A DNA stretch of 64,000 nt, taken from the human T2T-CHM13v2.0 reference genome, Homo sapiens. The notes under the pieces were generated by a model. That model was not told the origin of the DNA, made no database searches, and saw only the letters and a list, made by a program, of their open reading frames with translations. Made by a program: the position numbers and the translations under genes. The stretch lies in NCBI RefSeq assembly GCF_009914755.1, contig NC_060937.1, one strand, 5' to 3'. Below, piece by piece: positions 1 to 14,366 of this stretch; position 1 is the stretch's first letter, and every line of letters begins with the position of its first letter.

Positions 1-335
1 TGTTTTTGGCCTCTGGTTCTAGCATCTTAATGTATAAGCTATTCCTCTTATCTGTGTGTCAACAACAGATTTCACCAGCATATGACTTATAACAATATTG
101 TACTGAGTGAGGCTTAAGATAGGGCCCCGTGGTAAGCCTATAAAGAACCCCGTCGAAGTTGAAATGGATCCATTACCAAGACTTTTGGGAAATGATTGTT
201 CAACCAGCTAGCTGCAAATCAATCTAATTGTACCATGATCTACCCTACATCTCTCCATTAGCTAATCAAGAAGAACACTGTAAAATATTTTTGTCTAATG
301 TCTTACTGAAATTTATATGCACCGCCTTGACCTTC
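1..335 (-). mobile_element. Degraded CR1/L3 LINE reverse-transcriptase fragment
   Basis: Minus strand near 300-335 reads AVHINFSKTLDK, resembling the CR1 RT motif VYLDFSKAFD; further remnants resemble the WIxNWL and PQGSVLGP motifs in the expected order. Confidence 0.55.
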
Positions 336-465
336 TGCTCAACCATGCTGTCAAAGAAATTAAGTTCCACTTAAACTTTGAAGTTCCTATTTTCTTTCGT
401 GCTGCTCTTTTACCAACTCTAGACATTTCCTCCCATTCTGGGGCTTGCCTAACTGCAGACACTAG

Positions 466-894
<429 letters not shown>

Positions 895-1065
895 TTGAAT
901 CATGTTTTAAATATACAATGAACTGCTCAATCATTCAATCAATAAAGTTATTGATCACCCCCTCCATAAGTCTAATATTTCCAAAATGAAAAATCTTTTT
1001 GTAATACAAATGTAATACTTTCTAACATGAATTTTTGTTTACCTAGGCTGAATTTTCTCAAAACA

Positions 1066-1441
1066 TGATATGGTTTGGCTCTGTGTCCCCATCCAAATCT
1101 CATCTCGAATTGCAGTCCCCATGTGTCAGGGGAGGGACCCAGTAGGAGGTGACTGGATCACGGGGCCAGTTTCCTTTATGGTGTTCTTGTGATAGTGAGT
1201 TCTCACAAGATCTGATGGTTTAAAAGTGTGGCACTTTCCCCCCAACCCCCTGCCTTGCTCTCTCTATCTCTCTCCTGCCACCATGTAAGACATGCCTTGC
1301 AAGCTTCCCGTTCCACCACAATTTTAAGTTTCCTGAGGCCTCCTCAGCCATGCAGAACTGTGAGTCAACTCTTTTCCTTAAAAATTACCCAGTCTCAGGT
1401 ACTTTTATTAATATACAGCATTGTGAGAACGGACTAATACA
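1066..1441 (+). mobile_element. MaLR solo LTR (MSTA/MSTB-like)
   Basis: Starts TGATATGGTTTGGCTCTGTGTCCCC and ends GGACTAATACA, the typical MST/THE1 LTR termini. Confidence 0.85.
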
Positions 1442-1467
1442 GATGATTAAATAATAGTAATATTCTT

Positions 1468-2499
1468 TTTTTAAAAAATAATTTCAACTTTTATTTTAGA
1501 TTCAGAGGGCACATATGCAGGCTTGTTACATGAGTATATTGTGTGACACTGAGGTTTGAGGTTCAATTAATCCCATCACTGAGGTTCTGAGCATAGTACC
1601 TAATAGGTAGTTTTTCAGCCCTTGACTCCCTCCCTTTTTCCTCCCTCCCTTTCTCCTCCCTCCCTTTCATCTTCCTCTGGTAGTCTCCAGTGTCTGCTGT
1701 TTCCATCTTTACGTCCACGTGTACTCAATGTTTAGCTCACACTTATAAGTGAGAAAATGCAGGATTTGGTTTTCTGTTCCTGCATTAATTCACTTGGGCT
1801 AACAGCTTCCAGCTGCATCCATGTTGCTGCAAAGGACATGATTTCGTTCTTTTTTATGGCTGGGCAGTATTTCATGGTGTATGTGTACCACATGGTCTTT
1901 ATCTAATCCACCACTGATGGACCCCTAGATTGATTCCATGTCTTTGCTATTGTGAATAGTGCTGCAGTGAACATATGAGCACACGCGTCTTTTTGGTGGA
2001 AACATTTGTTTTCTTTTGGGTATGTACCCAGTAATGGGACTGCTGGGTCAAATGGTAGTTCTAAGTTCTCTGAGGCATCTCCAAACTGCTTTCCACAGTG
2101 GCTGGACTAATTTATGTTCCCATCAACAATGTATAAGCATTACATTTTCTCTACAGCCTCAACAGCATCTGTTATTATTTTTTTGACTTTTTAATAATAG
2201 CCATTCTGACTAGAGTGAGATGGTATCTCCCTGTGGTTTAAATTTGCATTTCTCTGAGTAGTGATGTGGAACATTTTTTCATGTTTGTTGGCTGCTTGTA
2301 TGTCTTCTTTTGAGAAGTGTCTGTTCATGTCCTTTGCCCACTTTTTAATGGGGTTAATTATTGTTTACTCATTGAAATGTTTAAGTTCCCTATAGAGTCT
2401 GGATGTTAGCCCCTGTCAGATGCACAGCTTGTGAAGATTTTCTCCCATTCTGTAGTTTGTTTGTTTACTCTGTTGATAGTTTTTCTGTGCAGAAGCTCT
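1468..2499 (-). mobile_element. 5'-truncated L1 (L1PB/old L1PA-like), ORF2 C-terminus and 3'UTR
   Basis: Minus ORF contains TINRVNKQTTEWEKIF (L1 ORF2); L1 3'UTR sequence; 21-bp TSD TTAAATAATA(G/C)TAA(T/C)ATTCTT at 1447-1467 and 2500-2520. Confidence 0.9.
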
Positions 2500-2523
2500 T
2501 TAAATAATACTAACATTCTTGAG

Positions 2524-2990
2524 CAGTTCTCTAATGACCCCTTTACACTCTTAAAAATAGTTGAGAACCCCAGAGAGTTTTTGCTTATACAGGATATATC
2601 CATCAATATTTACAGTAATAGAAATTAAATCAGAAAATTATTTATTAATTCATTTAAAATAATAACAACAAACCCGTAATATATCAACATAATCAATATT
2701 TTATGAAAGATATATTTTCCAAAACAAAAAAGTTAGTGAGAAGAGTGGCATTGTTTTACACTTTTAGATGTCCTGAATGTCTGGCTTAGTAGGACACAGC
2801 TAGATCCTCATGTCTGTTTCTGCATTTAAGCTGTGGTGATGCACATGGCATATGCCTTCTGGAAAACTCCACTGTACACTCCTAAGAGAATGACAATGAA
2901 AGATGCAAACAATGTCTTGGTGTTATTATGAAAATAGTTTTGATCTGTGGGCCCCCTGAAAGAGTTTTGAGGACCTCAGAGTAGACACTG
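2524..2990. mobile_element. hAT-Charlie DNA transposon remnant (MER119-like)
   Basis: GACCCCTTTACACTCTTAAAAAT...GAACCCCAGAGAG resembles the Charlie/MER119 consensus as recalled. Confidence 0.5.
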
Positions 2991-3426
2991 TTTAAATAAT
3001 AAAATATACCTATTTTTGGCTTTGAATGTCAGAAAGCTCAGAGCTACATTTAGCAACCACTTCAGGCCTGGTATTATAGTCCTTTGCAGCTTTGCTCAAC
3101 TGCAGTCTGTTTGCGACTTGCCCTTTACTTCTTTTTTTGGTGTTTACAGCTCTTGGCCATACTTTTTCTGTGTTTTTATTAGACCTTGCTTCAAATCCTT
3201 TGGAAAGCAGGTTGGGTGTTTGACAATATAGGTAATTGTGCACATATGCTTATACACATATATTTCAACACAAGTTTAAAATTATACTTTGATTTCATGT
3301 TCAATATCCACCTAGCAAACACACCTCAACAGGATGAAAATATATATGATAGTCACACAAAAAATTAAGACACTCCTCAGATTGTCTGAATGCACTTTTT
3401 ACACAAAGCCCAGAGGATAGGGGTTA

Positions 3427-4114
<688 letters not shown>

Positions 4115-4269
4115 CTATACAGTGTTTGAACTGTTTCTCAAGCCCCCTACTTAGACATTGCCATTTTTCTGTATCAGTAACTAATTTGATGCCTATAATA
4201 TACATTTGAAATGTCTGACCTCCACTCTTCTCTCTTCTTTCCTGGAGAACTGTCCGGTCATTCATGAGG

Positions 4270-4695
4270 ATGAGTGTCCCCAGATGTGCCTGTCTCAGGG
4301 CACCCTCTCCTGGGCACACCTGATTGGATCAAGCTGTGCACCTGACCCAGGCTGGGACAACCAAATTCCCTCTCCCAGGAATCTGGTATTGGACTGAGGA
4401 CAGCCACTCACCTTTGGCTAATCTCTTTAGGAGAGAAGATGTAGATGTGATAGTTGTTGAGGGATTATCCTCTGCCCAGCTACTCACAGAGAAGAAAGTG
4501 GATTGCAGAGGGAGACACGAAGCAGAGAAGAAAGCTGGAGAAGGTGGACTGTCTAGGTTCCTAGCAGCTTCTCGGGCTACCTTGAGGCCATCTGCCCTTG
4601 GACTTCATGAGATACTGCTATACTCTTCTATGTCCCTTAATGCTTACGTCAGCTCAAGTTGATTACTTCCAACCAAAAGGACTTAACTCAGACAA
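4270..4695 (+). mobile_element. Old ERVL-class LTR remnant (LTR33/LTR16/MLT1-like)
   Basis: 3' end ...AGCTCAAGTTGATTACTTCCAACCAAAAGGACTTAACT resembles ERVL-type LTR ends. Confidence 0.4.
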
Positions 4696-7269
4696 GGACA
4701 AAGCCAAGACCATCAGTGAGGTTTTTTTCTTTATAACCAGGTCCCTTACAGCATCCTGGGGAGCACTGTAGGTCCTAAATACACATTATTCACATTATTC
4801 ACTCTCCAAAGGCTTCCATTAGGCAAAAACATCTTCTCATCCAAGGCCAACTAGATTAGGAAATGGCATTTCTTATGGCTTTCCATCCCCAGAGGGCAAA
4901 TGCACAGATGACTGCAGTTAGCAATTGACTCTGTGGGTTAGTATTTGCTGAGGGCACACACCCTGAGACTTGAATGACAGAAATCCCCAGGTGCCAAGGA
5001 GGAGACTGGCAATTATGCCTCCAATCACCTCCCTGTTCTGCCGCCCTCTAAATCAGCACTCCCCACCGCGGTGACCCTCAATGACTGGCAAGACGACCCA
5101 TTTTTAAAGGGCCAATTTTTAACAGCTGGAAACAATAAACGTCGTGGGAGGTGAAGATGCTGGGAGGACTGATTTCTCCTTCGCTGTTTTCAAAAGTCAA
5201 AAGATGCTGGGTGTAATGGCAACAGCCACAGAAAGTTAGCACAACTCCTGCCACGGAGCAGCTGTGTGATGGTGGCTTCCCCAGTCCCCCTCCCTGGGCC
5301 TCGGTTCTTACAGCTGCAAAATGAGGAGGTAGAATGAGATGCTCTTTAATATCCCTTTCATCTTCAACTTTCTACAATTCTTGTAAGCTGGAAAGATGTA
5401 CACAGAACTTCATCTTGATTTTATTACTTGTAGTCCATCTTCTTGTGACAGAGCCAGCGGCAGCTTGTGCATGTGAAAGTAAGTTGTTCACTCTCTCTCT
5501 GAGATGATTTAAGAGGTTGTGAAAACCCAAAGTACCTCCTTCAGTGTTCTGCCATAGCCAGGCCTGAAGCTCCCCTGCCCCAGAGCCAGACCTGGGATCC
5601 AGGTATCATTTATCTACGTCAAAAGGCAAACATGTACATTGTACATTGTTTTCCCAGAGCATATTAGCCTGGACTTGCCTCTGGAGTCCCTAGGAATGAT
5701 ACTAGGCCTGGGATCCAGCAGAGGCCAGGAAAGGTCTCAGGCACAGGGTACTGTGGTGGCAGACAGGCCTGGGCAGTAAGTAGTGTGTGCAGGGTAGCCC
5801 GTGAGTGGCAAGAAGCTCCAAAGTGGGGGACAGCCCTGAGCCAACTGCGTGCAGTAGGGAACAGGGCTGTCAGCTCCAGCACTGCACTTTTGCTTCATTT
5901 TGCTCACCAGATCCTCTTGCTCCTCTTCAGGGTGCCCAGCAGGAAGGGTCTCTAACTATCTTCCAGGGCCCACTCCACAATATAAGGAAAGCCTGACATT
6001 AGGCCCCAGTAGGAGTAGGAATTCCTTAGCAGCCGCCTTGGCCCTAGCTTCTGCCTTCTAGGCTGTCATGACAAAAAGACTAGGGATAGTTGGCCATGCT
6101 GGAGAAAATGGCCATTCTGTTGTGAATGAAGCAGCTGCCTGGAACCACTGAAGCCCCTCTCCTGTGGCCCTTCCTTTGTAGAAGCTGTTGAGTGGAGCTG
6201 GCTTCCTTCTTCAATTGGTTGGCACCCTGAGGAGCCATAGATCCACTGTCCCCATGCCCCAAAGGAAGGCTTGGGTGTTGTGTGGTATAGTAAGCCTTTT
6301 GGTGGCTTCAGTTCTTACCCTAAAAAAAAAGGAGAAGGGATAACACGAGGAGACCCTCCTAGAGCTCCTATGGGATATTTAATTATCAATATGGCAGCTA
6401 CACTAGGTTTAGAAATAAATGAACTATCAGATAGCACCCTAAGGTATTATCCCACCACATGGGCTCTTAAACACCGATTTTCTCTGTACTCTATTGGAAC
6501 ATGTGTAGACATTTGATTTGAAAACCAGGCTTCCCACTGACTTCCTTAGCAGGCTGGGATGTCAAATCTTTCTCTCACTTTTGGGGGGGATTAGGGTGTC
6601 TTCTGGGTTCGTATGAGTGTGTGGATGTTAAGCGGTAGTAAAAATAGCAACTGAAGCAAAAAAAAAACATCCTTAGTGGGATCTCAAAACCGTTTAAAAA
6701 GAAACTATCGGAGGGGCCTAACAGTATCAGGTGTTTCATAGTTGCTGGGGAGAAGCAGCAAAGGGACACACATTCACGCTAGACTAAGAATGTCCCATCA
6801 TCATTACTCCTGCACACCCACATCCTTAGGCTCCAGGTTAGGCCCCTTATAAAATATTGTGTGGGCCAGGAATCCCACGAATTCCCAGAAGAATGGGAAT
6901 TTGGGGAATTGTTTTTAATCCCGTTGGATAGTCCAGTAACTCTGCACATGGATACCAGTCTTGGGCACAGGGAATTTCCCTAAAGAGCCACAAGGAGACT
7001 TGGGTTAACCAGAGACAACAGCTCCTCAAGTACCCACTGTGGAGGAAGTAGAGGAATTCAGAAACTCGGGCTAATGAACCGCCTCAGTAACGTCCTGAGG
7101 GGTAAAGCTCTGCTGTGTCCATGGTGAAATGTGAGTGTGAGAGAACTGTGGGAACATACATATCCACCTGCTGCAAGCCTACCTGCCCATCTTCGAAACG
7201 CGGTGCCCCTTCACTCTGCCCCAAAGCTGAACCCTTTTGTATTACGCCTCCCAAATACGAAGTTGTCCC

Positions 7270-7470
7270 ATAGCATGAGTTTTGGAGTCCAAGGTTTGAG
7301 TCCTCGGTCGGCTGCAAAGAGCTGTGTGGTCATGGCCAAGTCACTTAGCCCATCCAGGTCTCAGTCTCCCGTGTGTAAAATGGGAGTAAGGAGGGCTCAA
7401 TTGTTCTAAGGATTAAATGCAACCAAGTTGGCAAAGTTTTAGCACAGTGCCCACGTGTTAGCTGTTTATG
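7270..7470. mobile_element. MIR SINE
   Basis: Core GCTGTGTGGTCATGGCCAAGTCACTTAGCC...CTCAGTCTCCCGTGTGTAAAATGGG; similar MIR remnants near 5240-5380 and 10940-11200. Confidence 0.7.
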
Positions 7471-8280
7471 GTGTGCCTGTTGTATGCCAGGCCTGCGCTG
7501 GAGACGCAGGCATTATGCTCCCTGCACATGGCCCATACCCACATCTCCTCTACACGCGCCCTCGCTGAGGCGCGGGTCCTACTGAAGATCCGGATAGTGA
7601 TCATCCTTTCTGGCAGCATAAGTCCCGCCCCCTTTCCTTCCCTGGGCTTCTGTTGTCCAGGCTACCTTGGCGTTATCAAAGCTACTTGATCTTTACAGCC
7701 ACTTCCCTCTGCACAGGCATCCAAATAGGAAATTCCGCTCTCAAGGAACCTTCTACCCATCCACCTGCCACCAGCACGAACCTGCTGTCTTGTTCTCTGG
7801 CCTCTCTCCCTCAGTCCCCTTTTGCGCCCTCATTTTCCTGTCTAAAATGAAACGGACCGCTGCCCTTTTTATCTGTACTAAGTTTCAGGAGCAGAATCTT
7901 CGTTAAACTGAGCAGAGCAAGAGCGCGCTGCCCACAGGGCTGGGGCGGGCGCACGGGCCCTTATGTAAGGCCGGGCCTTCCCGGGGAAGAGCGAAGGCTC
8001 CGGGAAGGGAAGCACGGGCGGCGGGGCCCGGCCTCGAGGACCGCCCCCAGGGCGGGGAGTGGTGTGAGCCGCGGCGCCGCCAGCAAACTTTCCTCCTCCG
8101 AATTCTTGACCGAGAGCCTTGGAACCACATTCTGCCCAAAACTGTACACGCCGGAGCCAGGGAGCCGCCCGCCGCCCGGGGAGCGGAGTGGGGAAAGAGG
8201 GGGTGGAGAAGGGACCGGGGAGGAGGTGGGGGAGGGCGGAGGAGGTGGTAAGGAGAGGAGCGGGGGGGAGGAGGAGGAAG

Positions 8281-8368
8281 GGGAGGAGGGAGAGGTGGGG
8301 CGGGGAGGAGGGAGAGGTGGGGCGGGGAGGAGGGAGAGGTGGGGCGGGGAGGAGGGAGAGGTGGGTCG
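8281..8368 (+). repeat. 22-bp G-rich minisatellite, about 4 copies, within purine-rich tract 8185-8520
   Basis: Unit GGGAGGAGGGAGAGGTGGGGCG at 8281, 8303, 8325 and variant at 8347. Confidence 0.85.
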
Positions 8369-8706
8369 GGAAGGAGGGGGAAGTGGGAGACCGGGGATGT
8401 GGGAGGGGAGAGAAGGTGGAGGTGGGGGCGAGAAGGAGGAGGTGGGAGAGGGGAAAGCGGGGAAAGGGGAAGGTGGGGCGGGCGGAGGTGGGGGTAAAAA
8501 GTGGGGAAGAGCGGGGATGGCAAGTGCCGCGGGTGGGCGAGCGGCCCCAGGGAGCGGCGCGGGGGCGAAGCAAGTTCCTTAGTTTCTCCCAAGCCAGCCC
8601 GGGAGCTGTTGGACGAGTGGGAGCGCCTGGCTACCTGCAAGTCTTCGGGTTTCGCGAGCGCCGCAGAGCTTTTCTGCAGCCGCTAAATAAATAAATAACT
8701 ACGGAC

Positions 8707-8776
8707 GCCCGCCCCGCCCCGCCCCGCCCCGCCCCTCCCAGCCCAGCCCAGCCCAGCCCAGCCCAGCCCAGCCCAG
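8707..8776 (+). repeat. Compound pentanucleotide repeat (GCCCC)5 then (CCCAG)~8
   Basis: Read directly from the sequence. Confidence 0.9.
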
Positions 8777-9745
8777 CGCAGCTCCCCGGCCGCGGCGGCG
8801 GTGGTGGCAGCGGTGGTGGCGGCTGCGGCGCAGGCAGGGCTGGGCGCTTGGGGAGCTCCGCGCGCGGGGCACTTCCCCGTGACCGGCGGCCGCGCAGCTC
8901 AGGGAACTCCGCTCCGTGAGGCTTCCGGGAGAGGGAAAGCTGTTCTCCTTTGATGCTCTTTGGTTTTACAGTGGAAAACTACAATTAAAAAAACATAGCC
9001 GTGAAAATAAATGAGATTAGAACCTGCTGGCTTCACTTCCTGGAGGCTTTTTGTTGTGTCTTGAAACTAGGATCTTTGCGGGTCATCCCTGTAAGTGCCT
9101 TTTTAATCCATTCACAAGGATGCTTGTGAGTCTCTGCTGCGTTTAACATCGGTCAGCGGGTGACATTGCATTAATTTGCTCTGGTGATGATTTCTGCTTT
9201 GCTAGGTTAGCATTGCCTCGCTTGGTGACACGTAATAAATGCACACACGTTGCAAAAATTAGGACACAGAGGGAGAGGCACCTTTTTAACTCTGTCAAAA
9301 AATAGATAAGAAAATCTCTTCTAAAGCGGTGCCAATATCGGGAAAATGGTTTATTATTTAGACTGTGGAGATATTAAAAACCACAACAACACCTAATTAA
9401 TTATTCCATAGCCATTCTACATAAAGTAACATGATAAAATCATTAAATAATAGCAATGACAAAACTCAGTTTGTTGTTCTAAACTTACTGCTTTAGAATG
9501 TTGTTTATCATGTCATGTATAGTAAATCACATATCTAGTTTTTGTGCATGTGTGTCAGAGAGAGACAGACAGACATGGATAACTTCTGCTCTGAAACACA
9601 GCAGGTTTAAGGCTTCTATACAGAGAAGTTCCATCTGGAAAATCTCCAAATACAATTACAATAAAGCAGATACAATATGGAGTGTTATTAAACTGGAGGT
9701 TCTTCCCCCGGAGAGTTTACTCTATTTTCCTTTAAAATAAACTAG

Positions 9746-10030
9746 GGCCGGGTGTGGTGGCTCAACGCCTGTAATCCCAGCACTTTGGGAGGCTGAGGCA
9801 GGAGGATCATTTGAGTCCAGGAGTTCAAGAGCAGCCTGGGCAACATAGTGAAACTCCATCTCTAAAAAAATACAGTATTAGCTGGGTGTGGTGGTGCACA
9901 CCTGTAGTTCCAGCTATTAGGGAGGCTGAGACAGGAGGATGGCATGAGCCTGGGAAGTGGAGGTTGTAGTGAGCCAAGATAGCACCACTGCACTACAGCC
10001 AGACCTTGTCTCAAAAAAATAAAATAAACT
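9746..10030 (+). mobile_element. Alu (AluJ-like)
   Basis: Diverged Alu dimer with A tail. Confidence 0.88.
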
Positions 10031-11229
10031 GAAAGGCCGGGGAATCATATATTTAAAATTGGCCAGTGCTCATTAAAGATCACTCAAAAACCAGAATGAG
10101 GCATCCTTACAGTGGGAAGGTAGGGTAATAGAAAGATGCAATTCCAGTTCACAAAAATTTGGCCTTCAGGCCACATCTGATACACTTGCATAAAATTGAA
10201 AGACGATGCAATGCATGTTTTCCTAAATTAAACCAGAAATAGTGGTAGGGATATACCTTCATGCCAGCAGATGCACAGACAGGTTCTGATGGAAACCGTT
10301 TTCACTAAACCATGTCCCAGTTACTTTATGTAGCTTAACGCCCTGGGATTTGTATGTTCCCAACCAGAGGGTGCATGCTGGAGCTCCATGGGCCTGAACT
10401 TGTCTTCCAGACCTGTTTGGCCTGCGGGGTGTAGTTTAAACTTTTGAATTAGTTATGGATATTTTGAAATTGTTAAGTTTCACATGGAAAGCTGGACTTT
10501 GGGCTTCTCTGAAACATGAGAAGCCCGGGCCACCCTGGGTGGGACTGTTGGCTGGAGCCAACAGCAGTGTTAGGTGTGAGGGTGACAGTCTGTACCTCTC
10601 CAGCTGTCTTCCCCCACCTCTGCCTTCACTCTGTTAAGGGACTTGTCCACTCTGCACATGTGAATTTTCTAAAAATTAGTCCTGGTTCAGACAAACCACT
10701 GCACCCAGTGCTTGGTCAACGTATTAGGATTATTAAAGTCACAGATGACTCTGACACTCTAGGATCTAGAATTATGTAATGTTAAAACCTCAAATCTCAA
10801 TTTCTGGAGATTCCTTTAGGCAGATTCAACCAACCAGAGGCTGACTGTACATTTCCTGAAGGCAGGCACAACATGATGTCCTAGTTTCCTGGATTCTGCG
10901 TTCCCCTAAGGTGCCGTGAGATGTAGGAGAGTGTGTGGTCTCTGAAATTAAGCTCAGGAATTTGGATCCCCAATAGTTACTTGCCATTCAGTGTAAAGCA
11001 AGTTATATACTATCCCTGAGCTTGTTTCCTCAAACACAGATAGTTATAACCAAACTACCTCTGTGGATTATTGCATATTAAATTACTATATATATGTCTG
11101 CTCAGAGTTTACAGCAAATTTAAAACTAAATAAATAAAATTACTATATGTGAAAGCATCTTGAACAGTACCTGGCCCACAGTGACCACCCAAAATAGTTG
11201 TTTCTCTTGCTCTTGGGATTTCAGTTTCT

Positions 11230-11472
11230 GAGTGCAGTCAATCATAGCTCACTGCAGCCTCGACCTCCTGGGCTCAGTGATCTTCCCGGTCCAGCCTCCT
11301 GAGCAGCTAGGATTACAGGTGTGTACTACCATGCCCACCTAATTTTTAATGTTTTATTTGTAGACACCAGGTCTGTGTTGCCCAGGCTGGTCTTGAACTC
11401 CTGGCCTCAAGCAATCCCCCTACCTCAGCCTCCCAAAGTGCTAGGATTACAGGCATGAGCCACAGTGCCCAG
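11230..11472 (-). mobile_element. Partial Alu (AluJ-like)
   Basis: Alu sequence lacking the 3' end and tail. Confidence 0.85.
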
Positions 11473-12147
11473 TTCTTGGATACCTGCTTTACATTCCAGT
11501 TTCTGTTCTCTCCCTCAGGATTTTGATTCAAGAGGTCCCAATGGGGCCTGAGGGTTAACATTTTAACATTTAATCCTCAGGGAGGAGTTCTAGACCACAC
11601 TCTGACAGTGCCCATCCTGGATTGGCCACAGTTGTTCAAGTAGATGAGACAGAGAACAAAGAAATAGGCCCTGGTTGATTCCCTGGCTGGTCCTGGCCAG
11701 CATGCTGATCCTGCAGCTCCATTGGATGCACTGCCTGGGTCCCAATTGTCTACTTATCACTTCATGGGCATTTATTGAGCACCTACTAGAAACACAGTGA
11801 GGCAGGCACTTGGCATTCAAAGGTAGGTGAAGTGGTTCCTGTTCGCAGGGAGATTGGGAATGGAATACAAAGCCCAGGGCCTGGCATTGGGCTCCAGTTC
11901 CTGCCTTTCCTACCACTCACCATTCAATACCATCTCTAATGCCTTCTTCCCAAAGACAGTCGCTCCTCCCCACCCAGCGCCATGCATTCTCATGCCATAT
12001 TACTGAGTCTTGGATAATAGTTACTTTTGCATTACATGCAGACACTTACCATAGTACCGTTTAGGTGTTCATCACATACTTGTGGGACTTAATTTCCTTG
12101 GACAAATCTGTCTTCCGAAACTTCAGCTTATGTTTATTCACTCATCA

Positions 12148-12750
<603 letters not shown>

Positions 12751-13934
12751 TATGGATGCGAGTCGGGGCTTACACAAAAGTGAGGGGTCAGGAGGGGGAA
12801 TGTATGGAGCACCTCCTATAAGTCAGACAGTGGCCCAGAAGCTGGGGATACAGCAACGGACAAAATTACAATCCCTGCCCACATGGAGGTTTTAGTTGGG
12901 GAAGACAGGTCATATAAACATACTATTTTGAATCGTACTTGTTCAATTGTATTTTGTACCCTGACATCTGCTGCAATCTTATTTGCTCTCTGAATCCTAC
13001 CTTATTTTCCTGCCAGATGGACTTCTTTCCTAGTCCTGGTCTACACAGCCTATGCTCAGGTGGTGATTTTATTATCTATAGCTAGAGAGCTCTCTGTGTA
13101 TACTGTTACATTTTGATTCAAAATGTCTGTGTTTCTTCCAGGCTTTGATCAAAATCAACCATTCCTTTCCAAAATTCAGAAGCTTCCACAACAAGGTAAC
13201 TTTTAAAAATGCAACCTGTATATTCTTTTCTTACATAATATTGCAGAGAAGTCTTATTGAAGCCAAGTGACTGCTGTCCCATTTTTTTGTTGTTCTAATA
13301 CTGCTTTTCTTTTTAAGCTCCTTAGCTCTTATGCCAAATACAAAAATAACTCTGACTACTTTGCATTCATATCCATAACTTATTTTGAGTAGTGCCATTA
13401 ATAATTTATTGTAAAAGATAATCTTACCTTTAAATATGTGATTTTAAAATAAGTTTTGCTGCCTTCTTACTGAGCTTTTCATGTCGTTCTGGGTATACTT
13501 GTTCTACAGAAATTCAAGTCCAATTATATAATTAAAATGACAGGTTTCAATATATTAAATATTCTACAAAGTGAGTTATATCTGAAAATTCAGGTAAGCA
13601 AGTATAATTTACATTTGTACTCTAAAGTGATAAGTTTTTGTGAAAATGCCCCAAAATATATTATTTCTATCCCTTTGCATGAGTGTATTTGTATATTTCA
13701 CCTCTATTCATTATCTTCTTTGGCTCTCAGTTGATACATTTTATCATTTCCCATGTCTGAATTACTTCCTGTTAAGAACATGAACTGGATTAATAGAAAT
13801 TTCTCAGAAAAAAATATTCAAACACCAAGGATCTCACTTTGTGCTGTGAAATGCAAGATGAGCAATCTGATCTGGACATACCAGCCTTCAGTCAGGCAAC
13901 AGGTGAATATGCAGGTAGAATTATAATGTGTAAA

Positions 13935-14257
<323 letters not shown>

Positions 14258-14366
14258 TCACTCTAACCAACCAGTGGGCAAGTTGCTTTGCTCAGCGTAA
14301 GTTCAAACTGCCACATCAGAACGTTATTTGAGTGTATACATACACAACCATTAAAAGTGGCCGTTA

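Larger units (their letters stand above)
7900..8930. promoter_or_regulatory. CpG island / probable promoter with many GC boxes
   Basis: Very high GC and CpG density, many GGGGCGGGG (Sp/KLF) sites, A/T box TAAATAAATAAATAA at 8684-8698. Confidence 0.85.

Noticed and set aside
7878-8694. ORFs of 172-245 aa rich in Pro or Gly/Glu
   Set aside because: Translations of the G-rich tandem repeat in a CpG island; no recognisable domain
8916-8971. Donor GTGAGG and acceptor TTTTACAG pair at the CpG island edge
   Set aside because: Implied intron is only 56 nt, below the usual human minimum; not supported as an intron
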